A DNA stretch of 64,000 nt, from the NCBI GenBank assembly GCA_963662465.1, contig OY759599.1, positions 3,904,001-3,968,000 on the forward strand, read 5' to 3'. The notes beneath the pieces are model-generated. The model searched no databases and was not told the DNA's origin. It worked only from the letters and a program-made list of their open reading frames with translations. Positions 7,738 through 17,867 of this stretch are shown here, piece by piece. The stretch is from Desulfatiglandales bacterium. GTDB lineage: Bacteria > Desulfobacterota > DSM-4660 > Desulfatiglandales > Desulfatiglandaceae. A program made the position numbers and the translations under genes. Every line of letters starts with the position of its first letter. Position 1 is the stretch's first letter.

Positions 7738-9224
7738 AAATTGTACTGCTTTCCATGCCCGATGTGGCGCCGGTCATCATGCACGAATCAGCCTTCCATA
7801 TGCCGAACCTTGGAATTGCCGGCATCGGCGCCAATGTTGACGAAAAAAATGAGGTTTATATTGTCGACCTGATCCGCAAACGGCGACATGTTCGGCGCTA
7901 CCTGACCCGGGTTTTGTTGAAAATCAAACCCGACCTGGTGGGACTTTCGGCCATGACCTGGCAGTACGACACCTGCGTGAAGCTGGCGAAGCTCATCAAA
8001 ACATTGCTCCCCGACGTAAAGGTGGCGGTGGGCGGTTATCATGCAACCCTCATGTCCGAAGAAATTGCCGAGGGCAGAGAGGCTCAGTGGATTGACTTCC
8101 TGATTCGCGGAGAAGGTGAAGAGGCCTTTAAGCGCCTGGTCCGGGCCCTGGAGGGAGATGACCGGATTGAGGCCATCCCCTCTTTGTCTTATAACATTGG
8201 CGGAAAATTTGTTCACAACCCCAAAGGTGAGCTTCTGGACCTCTCCCGTTTGAAGCTTCCCATTCGGGACAAGCGGCGCTTGACCTGGGGCTACCATATC
8301 ATGAATCACAAGGTCGAAGTCATGGAGACCTCCAGGGGGTGTACCGGAAACTGCAATTTCTGCAGTATTCGGCATATGTATGGCCGTTCCTTCAGACCTT
8401 TTCCCGTGGAACGGGTGATAGCGGATGTGGATGATATTTATTTCAAACGAAAGGCCCGATGGATATTCGTGTCCGACGATAACTTCGTACTGGATCCCAA
8501 ACGGGTCATAAACCTTTGCGATGCCATTATCGCCAGGCGGTATCGGAATCTGTATTTTGTGGTTCAGGCGGACTGTGTGACCATGGCCCGAAACGAGGAA
8601 ATGGTTCGGAAAATGGCCCTTGCAGGGTTTAAATCCGTTTTTCTGGGAATGGAAAGCGCCTCCAGGAAAAATCTGAAAGCCGCACGCAAAGGGGATATTC
8701 TGGATGCCTCCCGCAGGGCTGTCCGCAACTGCCACAAGCACGGCATCATGGTGGTGGGGGGCATGATCTTCGGCTTTCCCGATGACGGAGAACCGGAGAT
8801 TATCGAAAACTACCGTTTTCTGAAATCAACGGGGGCCGATACGGCCTATTGTCAGATTCTGACCCCCTATCCCAAAACGGAGATCCGGCAGGATCTGCTA
8901 GATCAGGGGTTGGTGACAAACGCTTTGGATTATACCCGTTACAACGGCATGTGGGCCAACGTGAAAACCCGGAAACTGACTGCCGAGACCCTTCAATATC
9001 TCTTCTGGCGCCACGAGCAAACCGTCATGGGGTGGTGGGACCCATCGGACAGGTTGCGAGAGCAGGGTCGGTTTTGGACGGGGATCTGGATTCATTTTCT
9101 CAAACCCCTGATGAAGGTGGTGGTTCTCCGTTCCCAGAAGAAATATGGATGGGAAGGGCGTTTTCAAAGAGAAATGGATCATTTGGCAACCGTGAACCGT
9201 TTCAGGGACCTTGAGGGATTGTAA
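7734..9224 (+). CDS. Cobalamin-binding radical SAM protein
   Basis: B12-binding domain (PDLVGLS, VGGYHAT, RGEGE), SRGCTGNCNFC motif, LTPYPKTE; ATGA overlap with upstream gene. Confidence 0.9.
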   Translation: MKIVLLSMPDVAPVIMHESAFHMPNLGIAGIGANVDEKNEVYIVDLIRKRRHVRRYLTRVLLKIKPDLVGLSAMTWQYDTCVKLAKLIKTLLPDVKVAVGGYHATLMSEEIAEGREAQWIDFLIRGEGEEAFKRLVRALEGDDRIEAIPSLSYNIGGKFVHNPKGELLDLSRLKLPIRDKRRLTWGYHIMNHKVEVMETSRGCTGNCNFCSIRHMYGRSFRPFPVERVIADVDDIYFKRKARWIFVSDDNFVLDPKRVINLCDAIIARRYRNLYFVVQADCVTMARNEEMVRKMALAGFKSVFLGMESASRKNLKAARKGDILDASRRAVRNCHKHGIMVVGGMIFGFPDDGEPEIIENYRFLKSTGADTAYCQILTPYPKTEIRQDLLDQGLVTNALDYTRYNGMWANVKTRKLTAETLQYLFWRHEQTVMGWWDPSDRLREQGRFWTGIWIHFLKPLMKVVVLRSQKKYGWEGRFQREMDHLATVNRFRDLEGL

Positions 9225-10042
9225 TGCAACAGGATTATTATAAGATACTGCGGGTGGAAACATCCGCAAGCCAGCAGCAGATTAAAGAGTCCTACCGAAA
9301 ACTGGCATTTGAATACCATCCGGACCGGAACAAAGATGATGCGGCGGCAGCACAAATGAAAGCCATCAATGAATCCTACGCCGCACTCTCCGATCCTCAA
9401 AAAAGGAGCCGTTACGATGCGCTGCGGCAGGCATATGGCGATTCCGCCCATGATCGTTTTAAGCAAACCTATTCCGAGCAGGATATCTTCAAAGGAAGCG
9501 ATATTCAGCAGATATTCGAGGAATTCAGCCGTGCCTTTGGGCTCAGGGGATTCGACGAAATCTTCAAAGACTCCTACGGGTCCGGATACCGCAGTTTTGA
9601 ATTCAGGAGGCCCAACGCTTTTGGCAGGGTTTTCGTGGGAACGCAAGGCCGAAGAGGAAACGGTTTGACTTCCGGGCCTCCCCTGGGCGGCCAACTGGGG
9701 CGGTTGATCAAGTACGGACTGAAGAAAAAGTGGGGTATTGAATTGCCTGAGAGAGGAAAAGATCTTCGAGACGTTATTGCGGTGTCTTCCGAAATGATGC
9801 AGTCAGGCGGAAAAATCAACTATTCCTGCCGGATAAACCACAAGGAACTGCTGGTCGCCATTCCCCCCGGCATGAGGGCTGGACAGAAGATCCGATTGAA
9901 GGGAATGGGCGAACCGGGAAAAGGGGGTTCTGAGTCAGGGGATCTCTATGTGGAAGTGCAGGCAAAAAATCCGCTGTTTCAAAAAATCGGTGATTCCGCC
10001 AGAGGAATCCTGTCATCTCTGAAAAAACTGGGTCGTTCCTGA
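9224..10042 (+). CDS. J-domain protein (DnaJ/CbpA-like, no Zn finger)
   Basis: DYYKIL, YRKLAFEYHPD, C-terminal IRLKGMG...GDLYV. Confidence 0.88.
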   Translation: MQQDYYKILRVETSASQQQIKESYRKLAFEYHPDRNKDDAAAAQMKAINESYAALSDPQKRSRYDALRQAYGDSAHDRFKQTYSEQDIFKGSDIQQIFEEFSRAFGLRGFDEIFKDSYGSGYRSFEFRRPNAFGRVFVGTQGRRGNGLTSGPPLGGQLGRLIKYGLKKKWGIELPERGKDLRDVIAVSSEMMQSGGKINYSCRINHKELLVAIPPGMRAGQKIRLKGMGEPGKGGSESGDLYVEVQAKNPLFQKIGDSARGILSSLKKLGRS

Positions 10043-10097
10043 CAGCGACGCCGGCCTCCCCGGTTACGGATATCCCTTCCGCTTTTGTCTCATCGGA

Positions 10098-10823
10098 TTA
10101 CGAAAGGTACGGCCCCCACTGCTCGGCGGTTTGCCGGATATAACCTGCCGGAAGATTCGCCGCGATGCGATTGTGCCCGGGTAGAAGGATATCCACTTCA
10201 AGGCCCGCCAGTTTGAGAAGCGATTCCTTGAGTTGGGCGCCGCTGGCCCCATGAAGGTCAAACCGACCAATGGCATGATCAGCGTATATCGTATCCCCGG
10301 GGATCAGTATTTTGCCCTGGCGATGGTAAAGGGCGATACTGCCGGAGGAATGCCCCGGGATATGCAACACCTCCCATGTTGACCCACCGATTTCAAGGGT
10401 TTCACCACCCATCAGCTTTCGGTCAACGGGGAAACAAAAGTCGCCAGGTTTGATGCCGTATTGGGCCTGGCACATGCTCTCAAACATGTCCATGCCGTAA
10501 ACCGCCTTTTCGTCCCCTCGTTCCAGAGGGTCTGCTTCGTTTTGGTGTATCCACAACGCCGCATGGGGTATGGCCTCGCGAATTTCACCCAGGCACCCGA
10601 TGTGATCCAGATGAGTATGGGTCATGATAACCCGCTTAATGTGTAAAAGAGAAACACCTGCTTCTTGGATGGATTCAATTTTATAGCGCCCCTTTCCCAT
10701 TAATCCCGCATCGATGAGACTCAAATCCTCGGAATCGGGGGCGCCAATCAAGTATACATGGGAATCCGGGATCATTTCGTCCTGCCCCGGAATAAAAAAG
10801 ACATCCTTTGTAATCTGTTTCAT
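10098..10823 (-). CDS. MBL-fold metallo-hydrolase
   Basis: THTHLDHIG, PGHSSGS, GD, PGH motifs. Confidence 0.9.
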   Translation of the reverse strand: MKQITKDVFFIPGQDEMIPDSHVYLIGAPDSEDLSLIDAGLMGKGRYKIESIQEAGVSLLHIKRVIMTHTHLDHIGCLGEIREAIPHAALWIHQNEADPLERGDEKAVYGMDMFESMCQAQYGIKPGDFCFPVDRKLMGGETLEIGGSTWEVLHIPGHSSGSIALYHRQGKILIPGDTIYADHAIGRFDLHGASGAQLKESLLKLAGLEVDILLPGHNRIAANLPAGYIRQTAEQWGPYLS

Positions 10824-11013
10824 ACGGTTCTCCTCATTAAAAAATTTGCTCTACCATACCTGAAGAGGCGCCTGTTTTCAAGAAATCTTGTCGGCGCATC
10901 CCGGTTGACTGTGCCGGCGCCGCGCCGTTGTCCCTGCGGTCCTTTTTGCATTATTCAGATTTCAGGCGTTACTTTGTCTTAGAGGACTTTCTTCAACGGG
11001 TTTAAGGAAGAGG

Positions 11014-11277
11014 CTACAGAAGCTTAACCAGGGTGGCAACAATAGCAGCCTGGGCAACCAGCATACCGGCAACCCATTTGATGATTTCAGACTTTACATT
11101 TGCGATTTCTTTTTCAAGCCGAACAATATCACTTTTTGTTGCAACCGTAGTGTCAAGAATGCCAGATAAAGATTCTTTTTGCGCTTCCGATAAAGCTTCA
11201 GCCTGTTTTTCATTGAAACCAGCGGCTTTGAGTTTTTTGGTGTAGGCCAGGGTGTCAAATGTGATGATGGTTCCCAT
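11014..11277 (-). CDS. DUF1640/CCDC90-like small coiled-coil membrane protein
   Basis: FDTLAYTKKLKAAGFNEKQAEA, ATKSD, IIKWVAG plus C-terminal TM segment. Confidence 0.8.
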   Translation of the reverse strand: MGTIITFDTLAYTKKLKAAGFNEKQAEALSEAQKESLSGILDTTVATKSDIVRLEKEIANVKSEIIKWVAGMLVAQAAIVATLVKLL

Positions 11278-11440
11278 GATGATGAACCCCTTTCTTGAAA
11301 TACATATGGCGGATTTTACCATGGAAAACGAACATCGACAACTTTTTATTGACAGGGGTGTACGTTTACGAAAGATTCAGGGGTAAAACATGCACAGGAT
11401 AGGAAAACGCTACCGAAAGGCGCCACAAAAGCAGAAAAAT

Positions 11441-11473
11441 AAAAAGGGGTTACGCCTTATAACGTAACCCCTT
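11441..11473 (-). terminator. Rho-independent terminator after the tRNA pair
   Basis: AAGGGGTTACG / CGTAACCCCTT stem with adjacent T-run on the minus strand. Confidence 0.8.
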
Positions 11474-11483
11474 GATTTTTTTT

Positions 11484-11559
11484 TGGAGGCGGCAACCAGA
11501 TTCGAACTGGTGAATAACGGTTTTGCAGACCGCTGCCTTAGCCACTTGGCTATGCCGCC
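11484..11559 (-). tRNA. tRNA-Cys (GCA)
   Basis: GGCGGCATAGCCAAGTGG...CTGCAAAA...GTTCGAATC...GCCGCCTCCA cloverleaf with encoded CCA. Confidence 0.97.
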
Positions 11560-11565
11560 TTTTTA

Positions 11566-11640
11566 TGGAGCGGGAAACGGGACTTGAACCCGCGACAATC
11601 ACGTTGGCAACGTGAGGCTCTACCACTGAGCTATTCCCGC
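11566..11640 (-). tRNA. tRNA-Gly (GCC)
   Basis: GCGGGAATAGCTCAGTGG...TTGCCAA...GGTTCAAGTCCC...CCCGCTCCA. Confidence 0.97.
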
Positions 11641-11651
11641 AAAGTCAGGCT

Positions 11652-11802
11652 ATTCTACAGAACCAAGCTGCTTTGTCAACAAAAAACGCTACGACGCCAC
11701 AAGGATTTTCTGTTCGTTCAACACCCTGCTAATCCAGCGTCACTATGGAAGATGACGCCAAGACATAACTAGTTATTATATTCAGACAGCTTGGTTTGTC
11801 AA
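11652..11802 (-). promoter_or_regulatory. Tandem sigma70 promoters for the tRNA pair
   Basis: TTGACA-16-TATAAT (11802-11775) and TTGACA-16-TAGAAT (11679-11652); 16-nt spacers are typical of stable-RNA promoters. Confidence 0.75.
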
Positions 11803-11863
11803 CAAAAAAAAGAGCAAAAAATATTTTTTCGACCCAGTCAAAATTTCAAAAAATACAATCTCT

Positions 11864-12469
11864 TCAATTAGCGGCTGTCTTGTAAGATTGATAGTAACGC
11901 ATCACCCTTTCAACAAACGCACGGGTCTCAGGAAAGGGAGGAACCCCCTTGTAGGTGTTCACAGTTTCAGGGCCGGCATTATAGGCCGCTAGAGCCAGGC
12001 GCTTATTGTTATTGAAACGCTTGAGCAACAAACTGAAATAACGGGTACCACCCACGATATTTTCTTCAGGATCAAGGGGATCAGAAACCGCCATGTCATC
12101 CGCCGTCCCAGGCATCAACTGCATCAGACCTTTAGCTCCCTTACATGAAACCGCTTTATGATCAAAACCTGATTCGGCCCTGATAATCGCCTTGATAAAA
12201 TGGAAATCGATTCCAAAGCGATCCGATGCTTTTTTTACGATATCACTGTACTCAATCAAATATTCAGATGGGGTTTTGTTGGCGGAACGGATATAAAGGC
12301 GATAACGGCTGTCGGTTTTACGGTTTGTGAAATGCCAGACCCCATTTCTGTCCACATACCGAAAAATCTCCGCCAACACCTGCCCATGACAACACACGGA
12401 AAGGATCAGTAAAACTGCGCCCCCCCAGAGACATTTTTTGATATTTTTTTTCAGCTCAATTTTTTCCAA
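11864..12469 (-). CDS. Lytic transglycosylase (SLT domain)
   Basis: [35 protein letters not shown]. Confidence 0.92.
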   Translation of the reverse strand: MEKIELKKNIKKCLWGGAVLLILSVCCHGQVLAEIFRYVDRNGVWHFTNRKTDSRYRLYIRSANKTPSEYLIEYSDIVKKASDRFGIDFHFIKAIIRAESGFDHKAVSCKGAKGLMQLMPGTADDMAVSDPLDPEENIVGGTRYFSLLLKRFNNNKRLALAAYNAGPETVNTYKGVPPFPETRAFVERVMRYYQSYKTAAN

Positions 12470-13092
12470 TCCGCTAAAAATTTCTCCAAACCGATATCGG
12501 TCAAGGGGTGCTTAATCAACTGCCGGATGACTTTCAGTGGAATCGTCGCGATGTCAGCGCCCATCAGGGCAGCATCCAGAACATGGGTCGGATTTCGCAC
12601 GCTGGCCACGATGATCTCCGTCTCATAAGCATAGTTTTCATAGATGGCGGCGATTTGTTCCACCAGATCCATCCCCACGAAACTGATGTCGTCAAGTCGT
12701 CCTACAAAAGGACTGATATAGGAAGCCCCCACCTTTGCGGCCATTAACGCCTGAACCGGTGAAAAGCACAGGGTCACATTGGTTTTGATCCCTTTTTCGG
12801 TCAGCACTTTAACGGCCTTAAGGCCCTCTTCAATGAGCGGAATCTTAACAACGATATTGCTTGCCATATCCGCCAGATCCTGAGCCTCCTCAACCATTTT
12901 CCCTGCCTCGAGGCTAACCACCTCGACGCTGACAGGACCGGAAACAATACCGCAGATTTCCTTAATCAGTCCTTTAAATTCCTTTCCCTCTTTGGCCACC
13001 AGGCTGGGATTGGTCGTAACACCATCCACCATGCCTAGATCAATTGCTTCTTTGATCTCATCAACATTTGCCGTATCAATAAAAAACTTCAT
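12451..13092 (-). CDS. Transaldolase / fructose-6-phosphate aldolase family
   Basis: [35 protein letters not shown]. Confidence 0.93.
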   Translation of the reverse strand: MKFFIDTANVDEIKEAIDLGMVDGVTTNPSLVAKEGKEFKGLIKEICGIVSGPVSVEVVSLEAGKMVEEAQDLADMASNIVVKIPLIEEGLKAVKVLTEKGIKTNVTLCFSPVQALMAAKVGASYISPFVGRLDDISFVGMDLVEQIAAIYENYAYETEIIVASVRNPTHVLDAALMGADIATIPLKVIRQLIKHPLTDIGLEKFLADWKKLS

Positions 13093-13204
13093 ACATATCT
13101 CCTACTCCGGTTAAACCGGCATCCCAAAGACGCCTGGATTTACAAACTCATAATCAATCAATAAAAATCCTTTATTCTCCAAAGTTTTCTATACCATAAA
13201 ACGC

Positions 13205-13447
13205 TCATCTTTTGCGTTTAAATTCGTCAACACACGCCTGGCTGCAAAAAAAATATGTTTCACCGTTTACAGTCTTTCTGATGGCGGTGCTTCTGGGGAT
13301 ATAGGTCAGGCAATTCGGATCCTGAACCATTGGTTCCACAGGCCCCGCATCGGCATTTTCGTAGCGTCTGCCGCCTGAAAAAAGAGATTTTCGCACAAAA
13401 CGGAAAACAAAATAAGCCAGAAGACCCAATATCAGAAATTTTAACAT
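13205..13447 (-). CDS. YHS/TRASH-domain membrane-anchored protein
   Basis: N-terminal TM; MVQDPNC...YFFCSQAC. Confidence 0.85.
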   Translation of the reverse strand: MLKFLILGLLAYFVFRFVRKSLFSGGRRYENADAGPVEPMVQDPNCLTYIPRSTAIRKTVNGETYFFCSQACVDEFKRKR

Positions 13448-13957
13448 TCAGTGCGCCTCACAGAGAGCAACCGCCTGACCGTCCCCTGTAAGTTCCCCTG
13501 CCAGTTCCCGCATGGACTTACCCAGAACCGGGTGAATCAGATTTGGATCAATTTGCAACAAAGGCGCCAACACAAAACGCCTCAAATGCATCAATGGGTG
13601 AGGAACCATCAAATCCGGTTCTTCAATCACGTGGCAGCCAAACAGCAGAATATCCAGATCAATCACCCGGGCATCCCACTTTTTACGTCTCACCCTTCCC
13701 ATATCCGTTTCAATCTTCAGAAGGCATTTCAGCAAAGAACCGTGCGAAAGATCCGTCTCCATACGGATCACTGCGTTGATGAAAGTGTCCTGCCCTTCAA
13801 CCCCAACAGGCTCAGTCCTGTAAAAAGAAGACTGTGCCTTTACCGAACACCCTTCCAGTCGTTCCATCAAGGAAATGGCTTTTTCACAGTTAGCCATCTT
13901 ATTCCCAATATTTGAACCGATACCGATATACGCGCTTTCCATTGACTCCGACATCAC
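13448..13957 (-). CDS. folK: 6-hydroxymethyl-7,8-dihydropterin pyrophosphokinase
   Basis: YIGIGSNIG, YRTEP, RVIDLDILLF, VPHP, RRFVLAPL. Confidence 0.95.
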   Translation of the reverse strand: MMSESMESAYIGIGSNIGNKMANCEKAISLMERLEGCSVKAQSSFYRTEPVGVEGQDTFINAVIRMETDLSHGSLLKCLLKIETDMGRVRRKKWDARVIDLDILLFGCHVIEEPDLMVPHPLMHLRRFVLAPLLQIDPNLIHPVLGKSMRELAGELTGDGQAVALCEAH

Positions 13958-13967
13958 TTTTAAAGAA

Positions 13968-15137
13968 CTAAAGGTTCAGACCTTTCAGCCTTTCAATGGC
14001 CTCCCCAAGCCGTTTTCGATTCTGAGTCAGGGCAATCCGAAAATACCCTTCACCGGGTTCGCCGAAACCATTTCCCGGCGTAACTACCAGCCCCGCCTCT
14101 TCCAGAAGACGTGTCGCAAGGGTTGCGGACGTGTACCCGGCAGGCGTCCGGATCCACAAATAGAAGGTCGCCTTTGGCGGATCCAGCTCAAACCCTGCTT
14201 CCCTGAGCCCTTGCACCATGAGATCCCGCCGGGCCTCATATATGCGATTCATTTCCGTCACACAGGCCTGGTCCCCCTGAATCGCTTTAATCCCGGCCTT
14301 CTGCACGGCCTGGAAAACACCGGAATCAATGTTGCTCTTGATGGCGCCAAGCCCCGCTACCCCTTCGGGATTCCCCACGGCGAAACCGATTCGCCAGCCG
14401 GTCATGTTGTAGGTCTTGGAAAGGGAGTGGAACTCCATCCCCACGTCTTTGGCGCCGGCAACCTCCAGAAAACTGGGGGGCCGGCAGTCATCAAAAGTCA
14501 TCTCCGTGTAGGCCGCATCGTGGCACACCAGAATTTCGTGCTTTTGTGCAAAGGAAACCACGCGGCGGAAAAAATCCAGATCCGCCACCGCTGAGGTGGG
14601 GTTATTGGGATAATTAATAAACATCAACTTGGCCCGATCCGCCAGGTCTTCGGGAATAACGCTCAGGTCCGGTAAAAAATCATTTTCGCGCAACAGCGGC
14701 ATAAAATAGGACTCTCCGCCGGCAAACAGGGTGGCAATATGGTAAACCGGGTAGGCAGGGCTGGGCACCAGCGCCACATCGCCCGGATTAATAAAGGCCA
14801 GGGGAAGATGTGCAATGCCTTCCTTGCTGCCGATGAGGGATACCACTTCCGTGCCCGGATCCAACGCCACGCCAAACCGTTCCCCATACCACTCGGCCAC
14901 GGCTTCCTTGAAATCCGTCATCCCCGAATAGGACGGATACCGATGATTTGCCGGATCATCAAGTGCCCGCTTCATCTCTAAAATAATATGTTCCGGCGTC
15001 GGCAGGTCCGGATCACCCACGCCCAAATCAATAATATCCACGCCTCTGGCCTTTACCTCGGCCTTCTTCCGGTCGATCTCCTTGAACAGATAGGGGGGAA
15101 GTTGTTTTAGACGTTCGGCTTTTTCAAATATCTCCAT
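13968..15137 (-). CDS. dapL: LL-diaminopimelate aminotransferase
   Basis: [38 protein letters not shown]; dap operon context; start reassigned to ATG 15137. Confidence 0.9.
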   Translation of the reverse strand: MEIFEKAERLKQLPPYLFKEIDRKKAEVKARGVDIIDLGVGDPDLPTPEHIILEMKRALDDPANHRYPSYSGMTDFKEAVAEWYGERFGVALDPGTEVVSLIGSKEGIAHLPLAFINPGDVALVPSPAYPVYHIATLFAGGESYFMPLLRENDFLPDLSVIPEDLADRAKLMFINYPNNPTSAVADLDFFRRVVSFAQKHEILVCHDAAYTEMTFDDCRPPSFLEVAGAKDVGMEFHSLSKTYNMTGWRIGFAVGNPEGVAGLGAIKSNIDSGVFQAVQKAGIKAIQGDQACVTEMNRIYEARRDLMVQGLREAGFELDPPKATFYLWIRTPAGYTSATLATRLLEEAGLVVTPGNGFGEPGEGYFRIALTQNRKRLGEAIERLKGLNL

Positions 15138-15156
15138 TATGATCCTTTCAATAAAA

Positions 15157-15960
15157 TCACTTAAGTCCCAACACGTCCTGCATATCGTAAAGCCCCGCCG
15201 GCCGCCTAACCACCCAGAGAGCCGCCCTGACCGACCCCCTGGCAAAATTATCCCGATTATGGGCACGATGCACCAGTTCCAGGCGCTCGCCGATACCGCC
15301 AAACATGACCGTGTGTTCTCCCGCGATATCACCGGCTCGCCAGGTCTGAATGCCGATCTCTTCATCGCTTCGCTCGCCGATCATTCCCTTACGGCCATAG
15401 ACGCCGACTTTTTCGAGATCGCGACCCACTGCATCAGCCAAAATCTGCCCCAGCCGCATGGCTGTTCCACTGGGCGCATCCTTCTTGAGCCGGTGATGGG
15501 CCTCAAGAATTTCCATATCATAATCATTTCCCAGAATACGCGCCATTTCCCCCGCAATCTTGAACATCACATTGACGCCCACACTCATATTGGGCGCCAT
15601 GACACATGGAATTTTTCCGGAAAGGGTTTCAATTTCCGCTACGCCATCTTCAGAAATCCCGGTCGTTCCGATGACCATGGAAATCCCTTTTTCCGAGGCG
15701 CTTCGCATATTTTGGAGCGTACTTTCCGGCTGGGTAAAATCGATCAAGACATCCGCCCCTTTGACCGCCTCATCAAAAGTTCCGCGAATCTTAATCCCCA
15801 GCTCACCCATTCCCGCGACCAATCCCACGTCTTGACCCACACTGGGGTGATCGGGATGTTCAAAGGCCCCTGCCAGCTCACTTTCAGGGTTTTGGCAAAT
15901 CATAGCGACGATTCTTCCCCCCATGCGACCGGCGGCGCCCGCAACAGTTATTCTGACCAT
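15157..15960 (-). CDS. dapB: 4-hydroxy-tetrahydrodipicolinate reductase
   Basis: [26 protein letters not shown]. Confidence 0.97.
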   Translation of the reverse strand: MVRITVAGAAGRMGGRIVAMICQNPESELAGAFEHPDHPSVGQDVGLVAGMGELGIKIRGTFDEAVKGADVLIDFTQPESTLQNMRSASEKGISMVIGTTGISEDGVAEIETLSGKIPCVMAPNMSVGVNVMFKIAGEMARILGNDYDMEILEAHHRLKKDAPSGTAMRLGQILADAVGRDLEKVGVYGRKGMIGERSDEEIGIQTWRAGDIAGEHTVMFGGIGERLELVHRAHNRDNFARGSVRAALWVVRRPAGLYDMQDVLGLK

Positions 15961-15981
15961 TTTGTAGACTCCAGAGAATAC

Positions 15982-16016
15982 AGCTGTTAGCTATTAGCTG
16001 TTAGCCTTTAGCTTAA
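15982..16016. repeat. Heptamer tandem repeat (AGCTGTT-like, 5 units) between dapA and dapB
   Basis: AGCTGTT AGCTATT AGCTGTT AGCCTTT AGCTTAA. Confidence 0.85.
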
Positions 16017-16069
16017 GCGGTAGATTTCATTTTCATGTAAATGTGAATGCCCGCGTGATTCATGAGCGT

Positions 16070-16942
16070 TTATATAAGCCCATAATCCGCAAGCACCATT
16101 TTCAGTTTTTCCAGGTTCACGGGTTCCATGGCGCACATGGGCAGCCTCATTTCATCTTCAATCATTCCCATTAACGCGGCAGCGGTTTTTACCGGGATGG
16201 GGTTGGTTTCAAAAAACATGGCTTTACACAGGGGCAACAGTTTGTAGAAAAGCTGTTGCGCCGCCGATACATTCCCCTCGGCCCAGGCTTTGACCAGATC
16301 CGCATTGTCCCTGGGCGCGATATTGGCCACAACGGAAATAACCCCTTTTCCGCCGATGGCAAGCACAGGCAGCGTTAAATTATCATCCCCTGACAACAGG
16401 GTAATCTTGTCTCCGGCCATTCGAACGATATCGGCCATCTGACCCACATTCCCGGAAGCCTCCTTGATGGCGACGATTTCCGGAAATTCCGCCAGTCTGG
16501 CCACTGTCTCGGGCATCAAATTAACGCAGGTTCTCCCCGGCACGTTATAGAGGACCTGGGGCAGTGGAACCGCTTTCAAAATGGCCTCAAAATGACGGAA
16601 AAGACCCTCCTGAGTGGGCTTGTTGTAGTAAGGCGTTACCTGAAGGGTGGCATCCACCCCCACTTCCTTGGCATGCTTTGAGAGCAAAATGGCCTCGCTG
16701 GTGCTGTTTCCGCCAGTGCCGGCGATGACGGGAACCCGCTTGTTTACCGCCGCAACGGCAATATCGATCACCCGGGCGTGTTCGTTCACATTCAGGGTTG
16801 CAGATTCTCCGGTGGTGCCACAGGGAACTATGGCGCTTGTGCCGTTTTCGATTTGAAATTCAATGAGTTTACGGTACGCCTCTTCATCCACCTGCCCATT
16901 TTTGAAAGGGGTCACGATTGCCACAATAGAGCCTTCAAACAT
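16070..16942 (-). CDS. dapA: 4-hydroxy-tetrahydrodipicolinate synthase
   Basis: GTTGES, PYYNKP, YNVPGRT, IKEASG, NPIPVK. Confidence 0.97.
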   Translation of the reverse strand: MFEGSIVAIVTPFKNGQVDEEAYRKLIEFQIENGTSAIVPCGTTGESATLNVNEHARVIDIAVAAVNKRVPVIAGTGGNSTSEAILLSKHAKEVGVDATLQVTPYYNKPTQEGLFRHFEAILKAVPLPQVLYNVPGRTCVNLMPETVARLAEFPEIVAIKEASGNVGQMADIVRMAGDKITLLSGDDNLTLPVLAIGGKGVISVVANIAPRDNADLVKAWAEGNVSAAQQLFYKLLPLCKAMFFETNPIPVKTAAALMGMIEDEMRLPMCAMEPVNLEKLKMVLADYGLI

Positions 16943-17007
16943 AAGGAATCTCCTTTTCTGGTTCTTTTGAATTCATTGATCAAGACACGCCCAAACATGC
17001 CGAACGT

Positions 17008-17838
17008 TTATATGGCCTCTCCATGAAGCGTCGCCTTGTAGATGACGGACGTATTTCCTTGAAGCCAAATCCGTTCGCCGATCCCGAAATCAAAGCCCTC
17101 GCTGTTTAAGTAGATCGTCAATACTTCTCCGCCCCGGGTGTGGACCTTAACCGGAGACGTCACCATGCCGCGCCTTGATGCCATCAGCGCACAGGCGATG
17201 GCCCCCGTGCCACACGCCAGGGTTTCATCTTCCACGCCCCTTTCATAGGTTCTAACCGCCAATTCATCAGGACCTGTAACGGTCATAAAATTGGCGTTGG
17301 TTCCTTCGGGGGAAAACCGTGAATGACGGCGAATCCAGCGGCCCTGCTCCGTAACCCCGTGATTTTCCAGGTCCGCCACTTGAACCACCACATGCGGCAC
17401 ACCGGTGTTCACAAAATCGCAGCTTCGCCAGCCCGGCATAAATTCTAGTTCTACATCCATCGCCTCGTTTTCAGGCTTTGGCATCAACACCTTGACCACA
17501 CGGCCCTCCACCTGCGCGGAAATGGGGCCCACACGCGTTTCAAAGGTCATTTTGGAACCGGCAATTCCCTTTAAAAAGGCGAAACGAGAGACGCAGCGTC
17601 CACCGTTACCGCACATATCCACCTCCCCGCCGTCAGCGTTGAAAAACCGCCATCCAAAATCATATTCTTTCGAATCCGTCACAAATATCACGCCATCGGC
17701 GCCCACGGATTCTCTACGCCGGCAAGACCTCTCCACCAACCGGCTCATGTCCTGTTCCTTTACAACGCCTTCCCGGTTATCAACGAGAATGAAATCATTG
17801 CCGCTGCCGCTCATCTTCCAGAATTCAATGGGTTCCAT
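17008..17838 (-). CDS. dapF: Diaminopimelate epimerase
   Basis: GSGNDF, MCGNGGRC, TGVPH, ERGVEDETLACGTG; start could extend to 17871. Confidence 0.96.
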   Translation of the reverse strand: MEPIEFWKMSGSGNDFILVDNREGVVKEQDMSRLVERSCRRRESVGADGVIFVTDSKEYDFGWRFFNADGGEVDMCGNGGRCVSRFAFLKGIAGSKMTFETRVGPISAQVEGRVVKVLMPKPENEAMDVELEFMPGWRSCDFVNTGVPHVVVQVADLENHGVTEQGRWIRRHSRFSPEGTNANFMTVTGPDELAVRTYERGVEDETLACGTGAIACALMASRRGMVTSPVKVHTRGGEVLTIYLNSEGFDFGIGERIWLQGNTSVIYKATLHGEAI

Positions 17839-17867
17839 TTTTCGCTCCGGTCCCGTTATGATCCACC

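Noticed and set aside
7788..8741. Long antisense ORFs (also 623-1462, 15139-15990, 22702-23523, 24614-25609, 61345-62238)
   Set aside because: Shadows of well-supported genes on the other strand; no motifs or RBS
11014..11484. Prophage or island integrated at tRNA-Cys
   Set aside because: Only a lone DUF1640 gene; no integrase and no duplicated tRNA 3' end seen
11760..11790. dif-like XerCD site
   Set aside because: Spacing and arms do not fit; better explained as the -10 element of a tRNA promoter
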